Positions 1 to 9,241 of a stretch of DNA of 64,000 bases are shown one piece after another (positions within the stretch are counted from its first letter, which is position 1; each line of letters begins with the position of its first letter). Position numbers and translations under genes: made by a program. Under the pieces are notes generated by a model, which ran no database searches, had not been told where the DNA came from, and saw nothing but the letters and a program-made list of their open reading frames with translations. This stretch comes from Gemmatimonadota bacterium (GTDB lineage: Bacteria; Latescibacterota; UBA2968; UBA8231): contig JAYOYH010000001.1 of NCBI GenBank assembly GCA_038153405.1, forward strand, positions 32,156-96,155, written 5' to 3'.

Positions 1-2
1 AG

Positions 3-761
3 ACCGCCGCTCGTTCCACTGCGCTCGATCTGCGCTTGGATCGCGCCTATGCGCTCTTCAGTAGCTGGGTGCGATGAGAGCAGTTTTTCCACGCTGCTGC
101 GCTGGCCGCCTTCGGCGCGTTTCAACTTCTCAAAGAAACGTAACAAGCCCTGTGGATCGTAGCCGGCAGCCGTCGTGTAGCGCACGCCGTAGCGATCGGC
201 CTGGCGCTCGTCGTCGCGACTAAAGCGGGCGCTGCCCAACTGGGAGGCTATGTGGGCAATTTGTCCGGCTGCTGCATCGGCCTCTTCGCCGAGGGCAATG
301 GACGTCAGCACATGGATTCCGTACTGCGCCGCTAGCTGGTTGGCCGAATGGCGGCCGACGATGTGGCCGATCTCGTGGGCTAGTACGCCGGCCAGTTCCG
401 CCTCGTCGTCGGCGGCAATCAACAGGCCCGAATAGACGTATATAAATCCACCGGGCGCGGCGAAGGCGTTGATTTGATCCGGGTCGTCGAGCACGGTAAG
501 GCGGTATTGAACGCCGGGTCGATCGACTAGGGCGCGCTCTATAAGGGGAGCGGCAACGCGCTCGACGTAGCGCTGCACGGAGGGTAGTTCCAGTGCCTTC
601 TGCGTCGAGTCAACTTGCGCGGCGACCTGCTGTCCTAAGGCGTACTCCGCTTCGTCGCTGATGAGGGCCGTGCCGAGTTGGCGGCGCACAGTGGCGCAGC
701 TGGACAGTTGGGTCAGGACGCAGAGCCCGATGAGGAACGCGCGAAAAGTGCGTGCGTGCAT
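3..761 (-). CDS. M48 family zinc metallopeptidase, probable lipoprotein (3' end runs off the window)
   Basis: Not in the ORF track; translated by hand: MHARTFRAFLIGLCVLTQLSSC...DQINAFAAPGGFIYVYSGLL...ELAGVLAHEIGH...FSRDDERQADRYG...LSSHP. It has HExxH and the typical M48 motifs. Confidence 0.9.
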   Translation of the reverse strand, partial: MHARTFRAFLIGLCVLTQLSSCATVRRQLGTALISDEAEYALGQQVAAQVDSTQKALELPSVQRYVERVAAPLIERALVDRPGVQYRLTVLDDPDQINAFAAPGGFIYVYSGLLIAADDEAELAGVLAHEIGHIVGRHSANQLAAQYGIHVLTSIALGEEADAAAGQIAHIASQLGSARFSRDDERQADRYGVRYTTAAGYDPQGLLRFFEKLKRAEGGQRSSVEKLLSSHPATEERIGAIQAQIERSGTSGG

Positions 762-765
762 GCTC

Positions 766-1461
766 TCAGTTTCCCCCTTTAAAATTGATCACTTTTTTCT
801 GTGGCGACAGGTTGATTTCGTCGAGTACCGTGCCTGGCCGCATGGTCAGTACGTGCCCTATAGTGGAAGCGATATCGGCCGCTTCGATGGCGCAGGCTGG
901 GTCGGCATCGGGGCTGAAGTCGAGACCGTCGAAAAAGGGCGTGCGGACCATGCCTGGATTGATCAGGGTGACGGCGATGCCGTGGCGCGCCGTTTCCTCG
1001 CGCAGCGCCTGTGCAAAACCGCGCAGAGCAAATTTGGCCGCGCAGTACATAGCGCCCTTTTGCGCGCCGCGCAGGGCTGCTTCCGAGCCGAGCAAAACGA
1101 TGTGCCCCCCACCGCGCCGCTTCATATCCTGCACGAGTGCACGCACGATAAAGGTCTGGCTGGTGAAATTTAGGTCTATCAGGGCGCGCATCTGCGCGTA
1201 GGAAAACTGTTCCAAATCGCCAAAGCGGCCCTGTCCGGCGCAGCAGACGACGGCGTCAAAAGGGCTGTGCTCTTTGCGCAGGATGCGCAGGGCGTCGGGC
1301 AGGGCGTCGAGGTCGCTCAGGTCGAGTTGGACAGGGCGAAAGCGCTGGGCCTCTTCCTGACGGCGGCGGGCGATGCCCACTACTTGGTGGCCCCCTTCCA
1401 GCAGGTGGCTACACAGCGCCCGGCCGATGCCCGACGACGAGCCGGTCAGCAAGATATTCAC
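766..1461 (-). CDS. Short-chain dehydrogenase/reductase (SDR)
   Basis: TGSSSGIG Rossmann motif and YCAAK catalytic motif. GTG start at 1461 overlaps the upstream TGA (GTGA); the ORF-track start at 1614 is too long. Confidence 0.9.
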   Translation of the reverse strand: MNILLTGSSSGIGRALCSHLLEGGHQVVGIARRRQEEAQRFRPVQLDLSDLDALPDALRILRKEHSPFDAVVCCAGQGRFGDLEQFSYAQMRALIDLNFTSQTFIVRALVQDMKRRGGGHIVLLGSEAALRGAQKGAMYCAAKFALRGFAQALREETARHGIAVTLINPGMVRTPFFDGLDFSPDADPACAIEAADIASTIGHVLTMRPGTVLDEINLSPQKKVINFKGGN

Positions 1462-2474
1462 GAGGGTGGATTGTCCTCCAGCGTCGTAGATGGACAGGGA
1501 AAGAAGATGGCCGGGTCGATATAGCGCAAGAGTTCGGCGCGACAGAATGCGTGGATTTCTTCGGCCAGCGCGCGGCGATAAGATACCTGACCCCTGTGCT
1601 CTTCCAGACCCCAAGCGAAGAGCGGTTCGTCTGGATAAAGCTGTTGCATCCGCTTGTACATCGACTGCGGCAGGCGAAATTGGCCGAGGCTAACCGAGTG
1701 CAGGCGTGTCGAATCGATGCGGGAAAACACTGCATTAAAGAGGTCGCGGTAGTGCCGGCGCCATTCGCGGTGATAGATCAGGGGGTCAAAGCGCAGCCCG
1801 ATCGGCCAGCCGCGTTGGGACAGTTTTTCCAGCGCCTCAATGCGGCGCGCAACGGATGGGGTCCCGCATTCGAGCGCTGCGGCTATGGAATGTGGAGTCA
1901 GGCTAAAGGCGACGATGCAGTTGGCTAGCGGTCGATGCGCTAAGAGAGTGGCCGTGCGCACGCTCTTGGTGCGCAATTCGACTGCGGCACCGGGGCGCGC
2001 TGCAAAAAAGTCGAGAAAGTCACGCGTAAAATCCGTGATGCCCTCCAGCGCTAGGCTATCGCAGTCGTATCCGGAAAAAAAGTAGGGCATTGCGGTCGAT
2101 GCGGCGATATGCTCGTCTATGGCGCGTTGAAAGTCTTCGTAGTTGACAAAGACGACCATATGCGCGCTGCGATACATGCCCTGTAAAAAGCAGTAGCGGC
2201 AGTCGTATACGCAGTTCAGCATATGCGAGAAGTAAAAGTTTTGTTCACTGCCGATGCCATAGCCCGATGGCGTGGGCAGCACGAACTGGCCGTGCTTGCG
2301 CGCTAGAATGAGCGCAGGGCGTCTTTTTTGCAGGCGAAAGTTTTGCGCAGAGCGGTTGAATACCTCGCCGTAGCGCCGGCAGCCTATGCGTTCTGCGCCG
2401 GCAAAGCGCGCCAAAATGCGCTGCGTGCGCGGATGCTCGGCCACTTCATCTTCGATATATATCGCGTCAAACAT
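1458..2474 (-). CDS. Spore photoproduct lyase-like (SplB family) radical SAM protein
   Basis: CxxxCxxC in NCVYDCRYCFLQ, plus ELRTKS, FSLTP, RIEAL, LRFDPLI and SLG, all typical of the SPL family. Confidence 0.85.
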   Translation of the reverse strand: MFDAIYIEDEVAEHPRTQRILARFAGAERIGCRRYGEVFNRSAQNFRLQKRRPALILARKHGQFVLPTPSGYGIGSEQNFYFSHMLNCVYDCRYCFLQGMYRSAHMVVFVNYEDFQRAIDEHIAASTAMPYFFSGYDCDSLALEGITDFTRDFLDFFAARPGAAVELRTKSVRTATLLAHRPLANCIVAFSLTPHSIAAALECGTPSVARRIEALEKLSQRGWPIGLRFDPLIYHREWRRHYRDLFNAVFSRIDSTRLHSVSLGQFRLPQSMYKRMQQLYPDEPLFAWGLEEHRGQVSYRRALAEEIHAFCRAELLRYIDPAIFFPCPSTTLEDNPPS

Positions 2475-2477
2475 AGC

Positions 2478-3287
2478 TTAGATGGGCAGCAGCGCTGGAT
2501 CGCCCAGACGTCGCTCTAAATGGTCGAGCACTTGGCCTGCCCGCTGCATGGAGTCGGGTTCGGACCAGGGCTCTTCGTGCGGCGCTACGGCCTGCCACTG
2601 TTGGAGCAAGCGATGCAGGCGGCTTTGCTGGGCAGAGCTAAAGTGCCAGCGCTCCACTGCCCAGGCATAGTGCGCGGGGGTGGCGCGTTGGATGTGCCAC
2701 GCGTCGGCGAGAGGTTCTAATGTGCTGCACAACGCTTCTATGAGATGCAGATGAGGTGCGATCATCGCAACGACCTGCTGGCGATCCATACCGTTCCACG
2801 GGTGCTGCTCGTTGTCCGAGACGATTTTTAGACTGTGGGCCAGCTCACTCGGGACAAAGCGCTGCGCCGTCTGTAAAAAAGCACTGCCCTCCATATCGCA
2901 TAGGCCATTGTTGGGGTAGGCGCTGGTTGGTTTGTCGACCGTGTGCAGAGCCGCCGTAGCGCAGGGCGGGGCAAAGGGGAATATGGGGTAATAGGTCTGT
3001 TCACCGGTTGGGTCGCATGCCCGATGAACGATAAAGGGAGTGCCCAGCGCTGCGCTGGCGTGGCCGGCCAGACCGACGTTGAGCCACGGGCCAGGGTGGT
3101 CGGCAAAGCGCGCACAGGTATAGGCGATGGCCGCGGCTGCCGAAGTCCTGCCCACGCCGGAGACGACCAGCCGAAGGTGGCTCGCACCATAGAGTGGGAA
3201 TGGCGCGGATGGTTGGATCGCGCGCAGCGAAAAGTGGTCCAAGAGCGGGCGCGCTTCGGCAGGTAAGGCGGTGTGCATGTAGAGCAT
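2478..3287 (-). CDS. MTA/SAH nucleosidase / nucleoside phosphorylase-fold protein
   Basis: Motifs TALPAEA, VSGVG, NVGLAG, CDMEGSAF and LKIVSD. Start set at ATG 3287 (MLYMHTAL). Confidence 0.75.
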   Translation of the reverse strand: MLYMHTALPAEARPLLDHFSLRAIQPSAPFPLYGASHLRLVVSGVGRTSAAAAIAYTCARFADHPGPWLNVGLAGHASAALGTPFIVHRACDPTGEQTYYPIFPFAPPCATAALHTVDKPTSAYPNNGLCDMEGSAFLQTAQRFVPSELAHSLKIVSDNEQHPWNGMDRQQVVAMIAPHLHLIEALCSTLEPLADAWHIQRATPAHYAWAVERWHFSSAQQSRLHRLLQQWQAVAPHEEPWSEPDSMQRAGQVLDHLERRLGDPALLPI

Positions 3288-3432
3288 AATGGGCCTAATA
3301 TACGGGTGCATCACAGCCCCTTCCAGTGCAGTTGACCACCTGTGCTGCAATTTCTACTTTCAATTACCTACGAATCCAACGGGTAGTTGAACGCGACGAG
3401 CGCGCCGTCTTTTTGCCGCGCTGGAGGAATTC

Positions 3433-4302
3433 ATGAAAAACGCTTTCTTCAAGGGCCATGGCTTGGGTAACGACTATATTGCCGTCGATCCAGCTGAGCT
3501 TGAATTCAAGCTGACGCCGGGCAATATCCGCAAAATATGCGACCGCAACTGGGGTGTGGGTTCGGACGGCATTTTGGCCCTTGCATCGAGTAAAAAAGCC
3601 GATTTCGGCCTGCGTATTTACAATCCCGATGGCAGCGAAGCGGAAAAATCCGGCAATGGGTTGCGCATCTTCGCCCGCTATTTACACGCGACGCGACGCG
3701 TGCGCAAAAAGGCCTTCACCGTCGAGACCAAAGGCGGTCTGGTCAGCATTGAACTGCACGTCGATGAGCGCGGCCAAGCCAGCGCGGCGACGGTTGAAAT
3801 GGGGCGTGCTACGTTTCAACCCAAGGCCCTGCCCTGCACGCTGAAAAGCGCTGAACTCGTGCAGAAGCCGATAGATGCGGCCGGTGAAAAACTGCTCTTT
3901 ACCGGCGTTAGCGTCGGCAATCCGCACTGCGTGATCTTTCGCGAAAAGGGCGAGGAGTGGACGCGCGAAGAGCTACTGCGCCTCGGTCCTGAATTGGAGA
4001 ACCACCGGCTATTTCCGCGTCGGATCAACGTGCAGCTGGCCGTGCCGATAGGGCCTAACGCCATATACATTCTCATTTGGGAGCGCGGCGCCGGCGAGAC
4101 ACAGGCTTCTGGTTCATCTTCGTGTGCAGCGGCCAGCGCTGCCGTGCGCCTCGGGTTGGTCAAAGCGCCCGTGACCGTCAAGGCGCCGGGCGGCACGCTG
4201 CACATCGACGTCGATGCCAACTACGACCTGACGATGATGGGGCCGGTACAGGAAGTCGCGCGCGGCACGTTCAGTCCGTCGTTTATACGCACGCTGCGCT
4301 AA
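3433..4302 (+). CDS. dapF: Diaminopimelate epimerase family protein (Ser/Ser active-site variant)
   Basis: KGHGLGNDY, GVGSDG, YNPDGSEAEKSGNG, VGNPH, WERGAGETQASGSS; GGAGG RBS. Confidence 0.85.
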   Translation: MKNAFFKGHGLGNDYIAVDPAELEFKLTPGNIRKICDRNWGVGSDGILALASSKKADFGLRIYNPDGSEAEKSGNGLRIFARYLHATRRVRKKAFTVETKGGLVSIELHVDERGQASAATVEMGRATFQPKALPCTLKSAELVQKPIDAAGEKLLFTGVSVGNPHCVIFREKGEEWTREELLRLGPELENHRLFPRRINVQLAVPIGPNAIYILIWERGAGETQASGSSSCAAASAAVRLGLVKAPVTVKAPGGTLHIDVDANYDLTMMGPVQEVARGTFSPSFIRTLR

Positions 4303-4303
4303 T

Positions 4304-5386
4304 ATGGCCGACGCGGCGCAGCTGGCCGCCCAATTGCGCACGGCCTGGACGCGCAAATTGGTGGCGTGGTGGCACCACTATAACGAAGAGTACCTACGCG
4401 CCGCGCTGCGCGCGCCGCTCATCGAAGTAGTTGATTCGCGCGCCGCGCTAGGGCGTTGGCACGCCGTCGAGCGCCGACTTGTCGTTTCTACCCGCCATAT
4501 AGAAGCCGATCCCTGGTTAGACGTCCTCGATACGCTGCGCCACGAAATGGCGCATCAGTACGTCGACGAGGTGCTCGGGGTGCGCGATGAGACCGCACAC
4601 GGCAGGGCGTTTGAACGGGCCTGCGAAAAGCTGCGCTGTAGCGCGCGCGCGCGCGGCGGTGGGCAGCGGGAAGCGCGCGGAGGCGATGACCGTTTGCTGA
4701 GCCGCCTGCGCAAAGTTCTTTCCCTTGCCGATAGTCCCAACGAAAACGAAGCGCAGGCCGCCGTGCAGAAGGCGCGGCACATGCTGCTGCGCTACAATCT
4801 GGACGTTGTTGCTCTCGATGTGCAACGCCACTTTTCCCATCGCGCGCTAGGCCCGGTCAAAGGGCGAAGGGCATCCTATGAACTGTGGCTTTCGCTGATC
4901 TTACAGGAATTCTTTTTCGTCGAGACGATTTGGACTGAAACCTACCTTGCCGCGCGCGATCAGCGCGCCAGCGTACTGGAAATTTACGGCACCGATGCCA
5001 ACCTCGATATGGCTACCTACGTATATGACTATTTGCTACAGCTCTTACCCCGTCTTTGGACGACCTATCGCCGTGCGTGCGGTTTGGACTCCAACCGCGA
5101 GCGCCAGCGCTACTGGTCGGGCGTGCTCGAGGGGTTCTACCACAAACTGCGCCAGCGCGACGAGCGTGCACGCAGCGAGGGAGAGGCGCTGGTTCGTTGG
5201 CAAGGCGATGCGCAACTGCGCGCCTATTACGAATACGTCAATCCGCGCGTGCGCGTGCGCTACGGGCGCGGGGTGTGCGCCAGCGAGGCTTATCGCGCCG
5301 GATATGCAGAGGGGCAGAACGTGGAAATTCGCCAACCACTAGAGCGGAGTGACGAGGGGTTTGGAGGTTATCTTGAACGCGCTTAG
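4304..5386 (+). CDS. SprT-like zinc metalloprotease domain fused to a DUF2786-type helical domain
   Basis: LRHEMAHQY...HGRAF (SprT-like), then LRKVLSLADSPNENEAQAAVQKARHMLLRYNL (DUF2786-like). Starts 1 nt after the dapF stop. Confidence 0.75.
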   Translation: MADAAQLAAQLRTAWTRKLVAWWHHYNEEYLRAALRAPLIEVVDSRAALGRWHAVERRLVVSTRHIEADPWLDVLDTLRHEMAHQYVDEVLGVRDETAHGRAFERACEKLRCSARARGGGQREARGGDDRLLSRLRKVLSLADSPNENEAQAAVQKARHMLLRYNLDVVALDVQRHFSHRALGPVKGRRASYELWLSLILQEFFFVETIWTETYLAARDQRASVLEIYGTDANLDMATYVYDYLLQLLPRLWTTYRRACGLDSNRERQRYWSGVLEGFYHKLRQRDERARSEGEALVRWQGDAQLRAYYEYVNPRVRVRYGRGVCASEAYRAGYAEGQNVEIRQPLERSDEGFGGYLERA

Positions 5387-8153
5387 GCTGCTGTGTGGGT
5401 TGGTGCTGCTGGCCGGGCCGCTGCAGGCGCAGTTTACCAGTTTCGGCAAGAACAAGGTGCAGTTTGCCGAGTTCGCCTGGCAAAAGATGGAGACGCCGCA
5501 CTTCGACGTGTTCTTCTTCGAAGAGGAAAAAGAGCTGGCTTCCTATGCCGCGCACATGGCCGAGCGCCAGTACCGGGACCTCGAGGTGAAATTTGCCCAT
5601 ACGGTGCAGCGCCGGGTGCCGCTCATCGTTTACTCATCGCACATTTACTTTGAGCAGACCAATATCATTCCCAGCCTATTGCCCGAGGGCGTGGCTGGCT
5701 TTACGGAATACCTAAAGGGACGGGTCGCCCTACCGCTGAGCGGTTCGCTGCCCGACTTTGAGCGCGTGCTACATCACGAACTCGTGCACGTATTCACCTT
5801 TGATCGCATCGCCCACGTGCTCGAGCGCCACGGCGTGCTCGACTTTCGGCCGGCGCCGCTATGGTTTACTGAGGGCCTGGCCGAATACTGGTCGAGCGAG
5901 TGGTCGAGTTTTGGCGATATGATCCTGCGCGATGCGCTCTTTTCGCGCCGCCTGTATTCAATCGCCCAAATGGAATACATATACGGGACCTTCCAGATGT
6001 ATAAGGAGGGCGAATCGATATGCCACTTTATGGCCGAGCGCCACGGCGAAGATGTTTTTGAGCAGCTCTTTGCCAACTGGTGGCGCGCCGAGAAATTCGA
6101 AGAAATCTTTCAGCTGACAACGGGCGAGTCGCTGCGCGAATTTGACGAAGCTTGGACCTACAGCCTGCGCAAGCGCTACCTGCCCGATATTGCCGCCAGC
6201 GATCCGCCGGCTCACATGGCGGAAAAGCGCACGCGCGAAGGGTTCAATATAAAACCCTCCATCGTGCCGACGGAACTCGACAGCGTAGCCTTTGTCTACT
6301 TCACCAATTCGCAGGGCTATACGCAGATCGCCCTGCAGCGCGGCGAGGGGGTCCCAGAGATCGTCGTCGAGGGCGAACGCTTGCCGGTATTTGAATCGCT
6401 GCACGCCCTGTCGACGAAAATCGCCGTGGCCCCCGACGGCCAGCGCATGGCCTTTGCGGCCAAGAGCCGAGGGCGCGATCACCTGTATGTGTGGGACATC
6501 GAGGGAGGCGAGCAGGTTGGCGACTTTATTTTCGACGACGTCGTCGCCATCGCCTCGCCGTCGTTTGCCCCCGAAGGCCAGCGGATTGTCTTTTCGGGCG
6601 CCCGCCAGAGTGGGTTAGTCGATCTATACGTCGTCGATCTACAAAGCGGCCAATTGGAGGCCCTCACGCGCGACCTTTACCACGATCGCCAGCCGGACTG
6701 GTCGCCCGATGGTCGGCATATCGCCTTTAGCTCCGATCGCTTTGCCGCCGGCCGCGACGGTCTGTACAACCTGTTTCTCTACGAGGTCGAGAGTGGGCGC
6801 ATTCGCCACCTGAGCCAGGGCGATCACAACGACCAACACCCGGCCTTTTCGCCCGATGGTCTTCAAATCGCCTTTAGCTCCGATCGCGACGCGATGTTCA
6901 ACCTGTATTTGACGCAGTTGGACAGTGCGCGCACCGGCACGCGGCGCCTTACGCGCGTGCTGACCGGCGCCTTTGATCCCCAGTGGCGAAGCGATGGCAG
7001 CGGAGTGCTCTTTTCCGGCTTCCAGGGGGGGGGATTCCAAATCTATGAGTTGGATATAGAGGATGCTGACAGCAGCGAGGTCGTATGGCATCCCATCGTC
7101 GACGCGCCCCAGCAACCTTGGTCGCTGGAGGGACGCCAGGGGGAAAGCCTGTATGCGCTGCGCCCCTACAGTAGCGAGATGACGCTCGATATCGCCCAGA
7201 GCCAGATTTCTCAGGATCCGGAGTTTGGGACCTCTGGTGGCATCCAGCTGGCGCTGAGCGACGTGCTGGGCAACAATCGCTATGCGTTCGTGCTCTCGCA
7301 CATAGCCGGTAGCCGCACCGGGTTTTTCGACGGACTCAACGTCGCTCTATCGCGCATGCATTTGGGCCAGCAGCTCAACTGGGCCTGGGGCTTGTTTCGC
7401 CTCAACGATCGATTTTCCAGCACTTTTGGCCGTTTTGTTCGCGAAAAGCGCACGGGCGGTTATTTGGGCCTCAGCTATCCTTTTTCGCGCCACGACCGCG
7501 TCGAGACGCGCCTTTCGCTGCGCCACGCCGAGATCGATCGCCAGTTTGAGGGACGGCGTCTGTCGGGTTGGTTGGCCAATAACTTCGTGAGCTATACCCA
7601 CGATAGTTCGCTGTGGCTGCCGACAGGGCCGCTGGAAGGTCGCCGCTACAGCTTGGGCATCGGGCAAACGGTCGATTTTAAGAGCTCGCGGCGCTTTAAC
7701 GTGACCCTTTTCGGCGACTATCGCCACTACTTCCGCCTTTCGCAGGGCACCGGTTGGGCCATGCGCTATATGGGGCGACGCAGCACGGGCGACGTGCCGG
7801 AATTTTTTTCGCTCGGCGGTTCGTGGACGCTGCGCGGCTATCCGTGGCGTTCGATCTGGGGCCGCAATATGGTGCTAATCAATCAGGAGTTGCGCTTTCC
7901 GCTGGTCGATCGCCTAGTCATCGACTTCCCCTTTGGAGCAATGGATTTCAGCGCGTTTCGCGGTGCGCTCTTCGTCGATGCGGGCAACGCGTGGAACGAC
8001 GACTTCGGCGAGTGGCGCGGCGCCGTCGGCAGCGGCGTGCGCCTGGCGTTGGGCGGCGTCTTTGTCTTTCGCCTCGATGCAGCGCGGCGCACCAACTTTA
8101 AGCGGTTGGGCAACCAAACGCACTGGGACTTTTTCTTTGGCTGGGACTTTTAG
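5373..8153 (+). CDS. Outer-membrane Omp85/BamA-type beta-barrel with N-terminal peptidase MA-like domain and TolB-like (PD40) propeller
   Basis: Signal peptide, QFTSFGKNKVQ, HHELVH and PLWFTEGLAEY, repeated P.WSPDG..IAFSSDR, and barrel motifs FSLGG..TLRGY, ELRFP, FVDAGNAW with terminal F. TTG start at 5373 after GGAGG. Confidence 0.85.
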   Translation: MNALRLLCGLVLLAGPLQAQFTSFGKNKVQFAEFAWQKMETPHFDVFFFEEEKELASYAAHMAERQYRDLEVKFAHTVQRRVPLIVYSSHIYFEQTNIIPSLLPEGVAGFTEYLKGRVALPLSGSLPDFERVLHHELVHVFTFDRIAHVLERHGVLDFRPAPLWFTEGLAEYWSSEWSSFGDMILRDALFSRRLYSIAQMEYIYGTFQMYKEGESICHFMAERHGEDVFEQLFANWWRAEKFEEIFQLTTGESLREFDEAWTYSLRKRYLPDIAASDPPAHMAEKRTREGFNIKPSIVPTELDSVAFVYFTNSQGYTQIALQRGEGVPEIVVEGERLPVFESLHALSTKIAVAPDGQRMAFAAKSRGRDHLYVWDIEGGEQVGDFIFDDVVAIASPSFAPEGQRIVFSGARQSGLVDLYVVDLQSGQLEALTRDLYHDRQPDWSPDGRHIAFSSDRFAAGRDGLYNLFLYEVESGRIRHLSQGDHNDQHPAFSPDGLQIAFSSDRDAMFNLYLTQLDSARTGTRRLTRVLTGAFDPQWRSDGSGVLFSGFQGGGFQIYELDIEDADSSEVVWHPIVDAPQQPWSLEGRQGESLYALRPYSSEMTLDIAQSQISQDPEFGTSGGIQLALSDVLGNNRYAFVLSHIAGSRTGFFDGLNVALSRMHLGQQLNWAWGLFRLNDRFSSTFGRFVREKRTGGYLGLSYPFSRHDRVETRLSLRHAEIDRQFEGRRLSGWLANNFVSYTHDSSLWLPTGPLEGRRYSLGIGQTVDFKSSRRFNVTLFGDYRHYFRLSQGTGWAMRYMGRRSTGDVPEFFSLGGSWTLRGYPWRSIWGRNMVLINQELRFPLVDRLVIDFPFGAMDFSAFRGALFVDAGNAWNDDFGEWRGAVGSGVRLALGGVFVFRLDAARRTNFKRLGNQTHWDFFFGWDF

Positions 8154-8154
8154 T

Positions 8155-9225
8155 ATGGCTTTCTGGCGCTGGGCGCTATGCGCGCTGTGGATCGGTCTAT
8201 GTGGCTGCGGCGGCGGCATGTTTTACGCCACGGGTGCGCTGGTAAAGGACGCGCCAGAGCCGCCCCTTTCTCTGCTGTGGCAGCAAAAAATGGACGGAGC
8301 TCCGCTCGGAGCGGCAGTGGATGCGGCGCCGCTGCTGATGCAGATGAGCAGCGCCGGAACGCTCTACGCATTTGATCTGCGCAGCGGAGAGCGCGTGGGC
8401 AAGAAGGGCTTTGACGACAAGGTGTGTGGGGCGGTGCAACTGGCCGGTGACGTCCTGCTCGTCGGCACCGTAGGCAAAGAGGCGGCGCTAGTGGCTTGGG
8501 ATCGCCGCGTGCAGAAAGAGCGCTGGCGCCATGCGGGGAGTTTTTGCCTCACCCCGACTGTGCGCGGTGACACGGTGTTTGTCGCGGCCGAAGACGGCGT
8601 GCTGCGCGCCCTGGCGTTAGCTGGGGGAGAAGAGCTGTGGCGCGCGTCGTTAGAAACGCGCCTACGCACATCGCCAACGCTCGATGGTCACTATCTCTAC
8701 GTCGGCGACGGTCGGGGCGTCGTGCGCGCGCTGCGCGCCGTCGACGGCGACGAGGTCTGGCGTCACCAGCTAAAGGCCGGTGTGCGCACGGTGCCCCTAG
8801 TGCATGGTGGAACAGTATGGGTGGGCACGGCAACAGGAGAGGTTGCTGCGCTGAACTCGGACGACGGCGGCCTCCAGTGGGAAACACAGCTGGGCGCGCT
8901 GCCGAGCGAAGGCATGGCGCTGGCCGGAGAGACGCTCGTTGTCGGAGCCGCTAATCGCGGAATTTATGGGTTTAATGCCGCGCGCGGTGACCCGCTATGG
9001 CACTTTGAAACAGACGGCGTAGTCCGCAGCTGGCCGGTGGTTAGTGAGAGGGTGTGCTATGCGGCTTCCAGCGACGGCCGCCTCTATGCGCTGGGGACTA
9101 AGGAGGGTAATTTACTGTGGAAATTCCGCCTCGACGGCGCGGCGCTACAGCCGGTGATGCGCATCGGCGCAACCGTCGTCGTCGCCACGGAAAAAAAGAT
9201 GCTATACGCCTTTGGTCGGCGTTAG
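8155..9225 (+). CDS. PQQ-like beta-propeller lipoprotein (BamB-like)
   Basis: Lipobox-like LCGC and repeated G.(L/V)(Y/R)AL...G...W units. ATG is 1 nt after the Omp85 stop. Confidence 0.85.
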   Translation: MAFWRWALCALWIGLCGCGGGMFYATGALVKDAPEPPLSLLWQQKMDGAPLGAAVDAAPLLMQMSSAGTLYAFDLRSGERVGKKGFDDKVCGAVQLAGDVLLVGTVGKEAALVAWDRRVQKERWRHAGSFCLTPTVRGDTVFVAAEDGVLRALALAGGEELWRASLETRLRTSPTLDGHYLYVGDGRGVVRALRAVDGDEVWRHQLKAGVRTVPLVHGGTVWVGTATGEVAALNSDDGGLQWETQLGALPSEGMALAGETLVVGAANRGIYGFNAARGDPLWHFETDGVVRSWPVVSERVCYAASSDGRLYALGTKEGNLLWKFRLDGAALQPVMRIGATVVVATEKKMLYAFGRR

Positions 9226-9241
9226 ATGTCATGGAGAAGGT

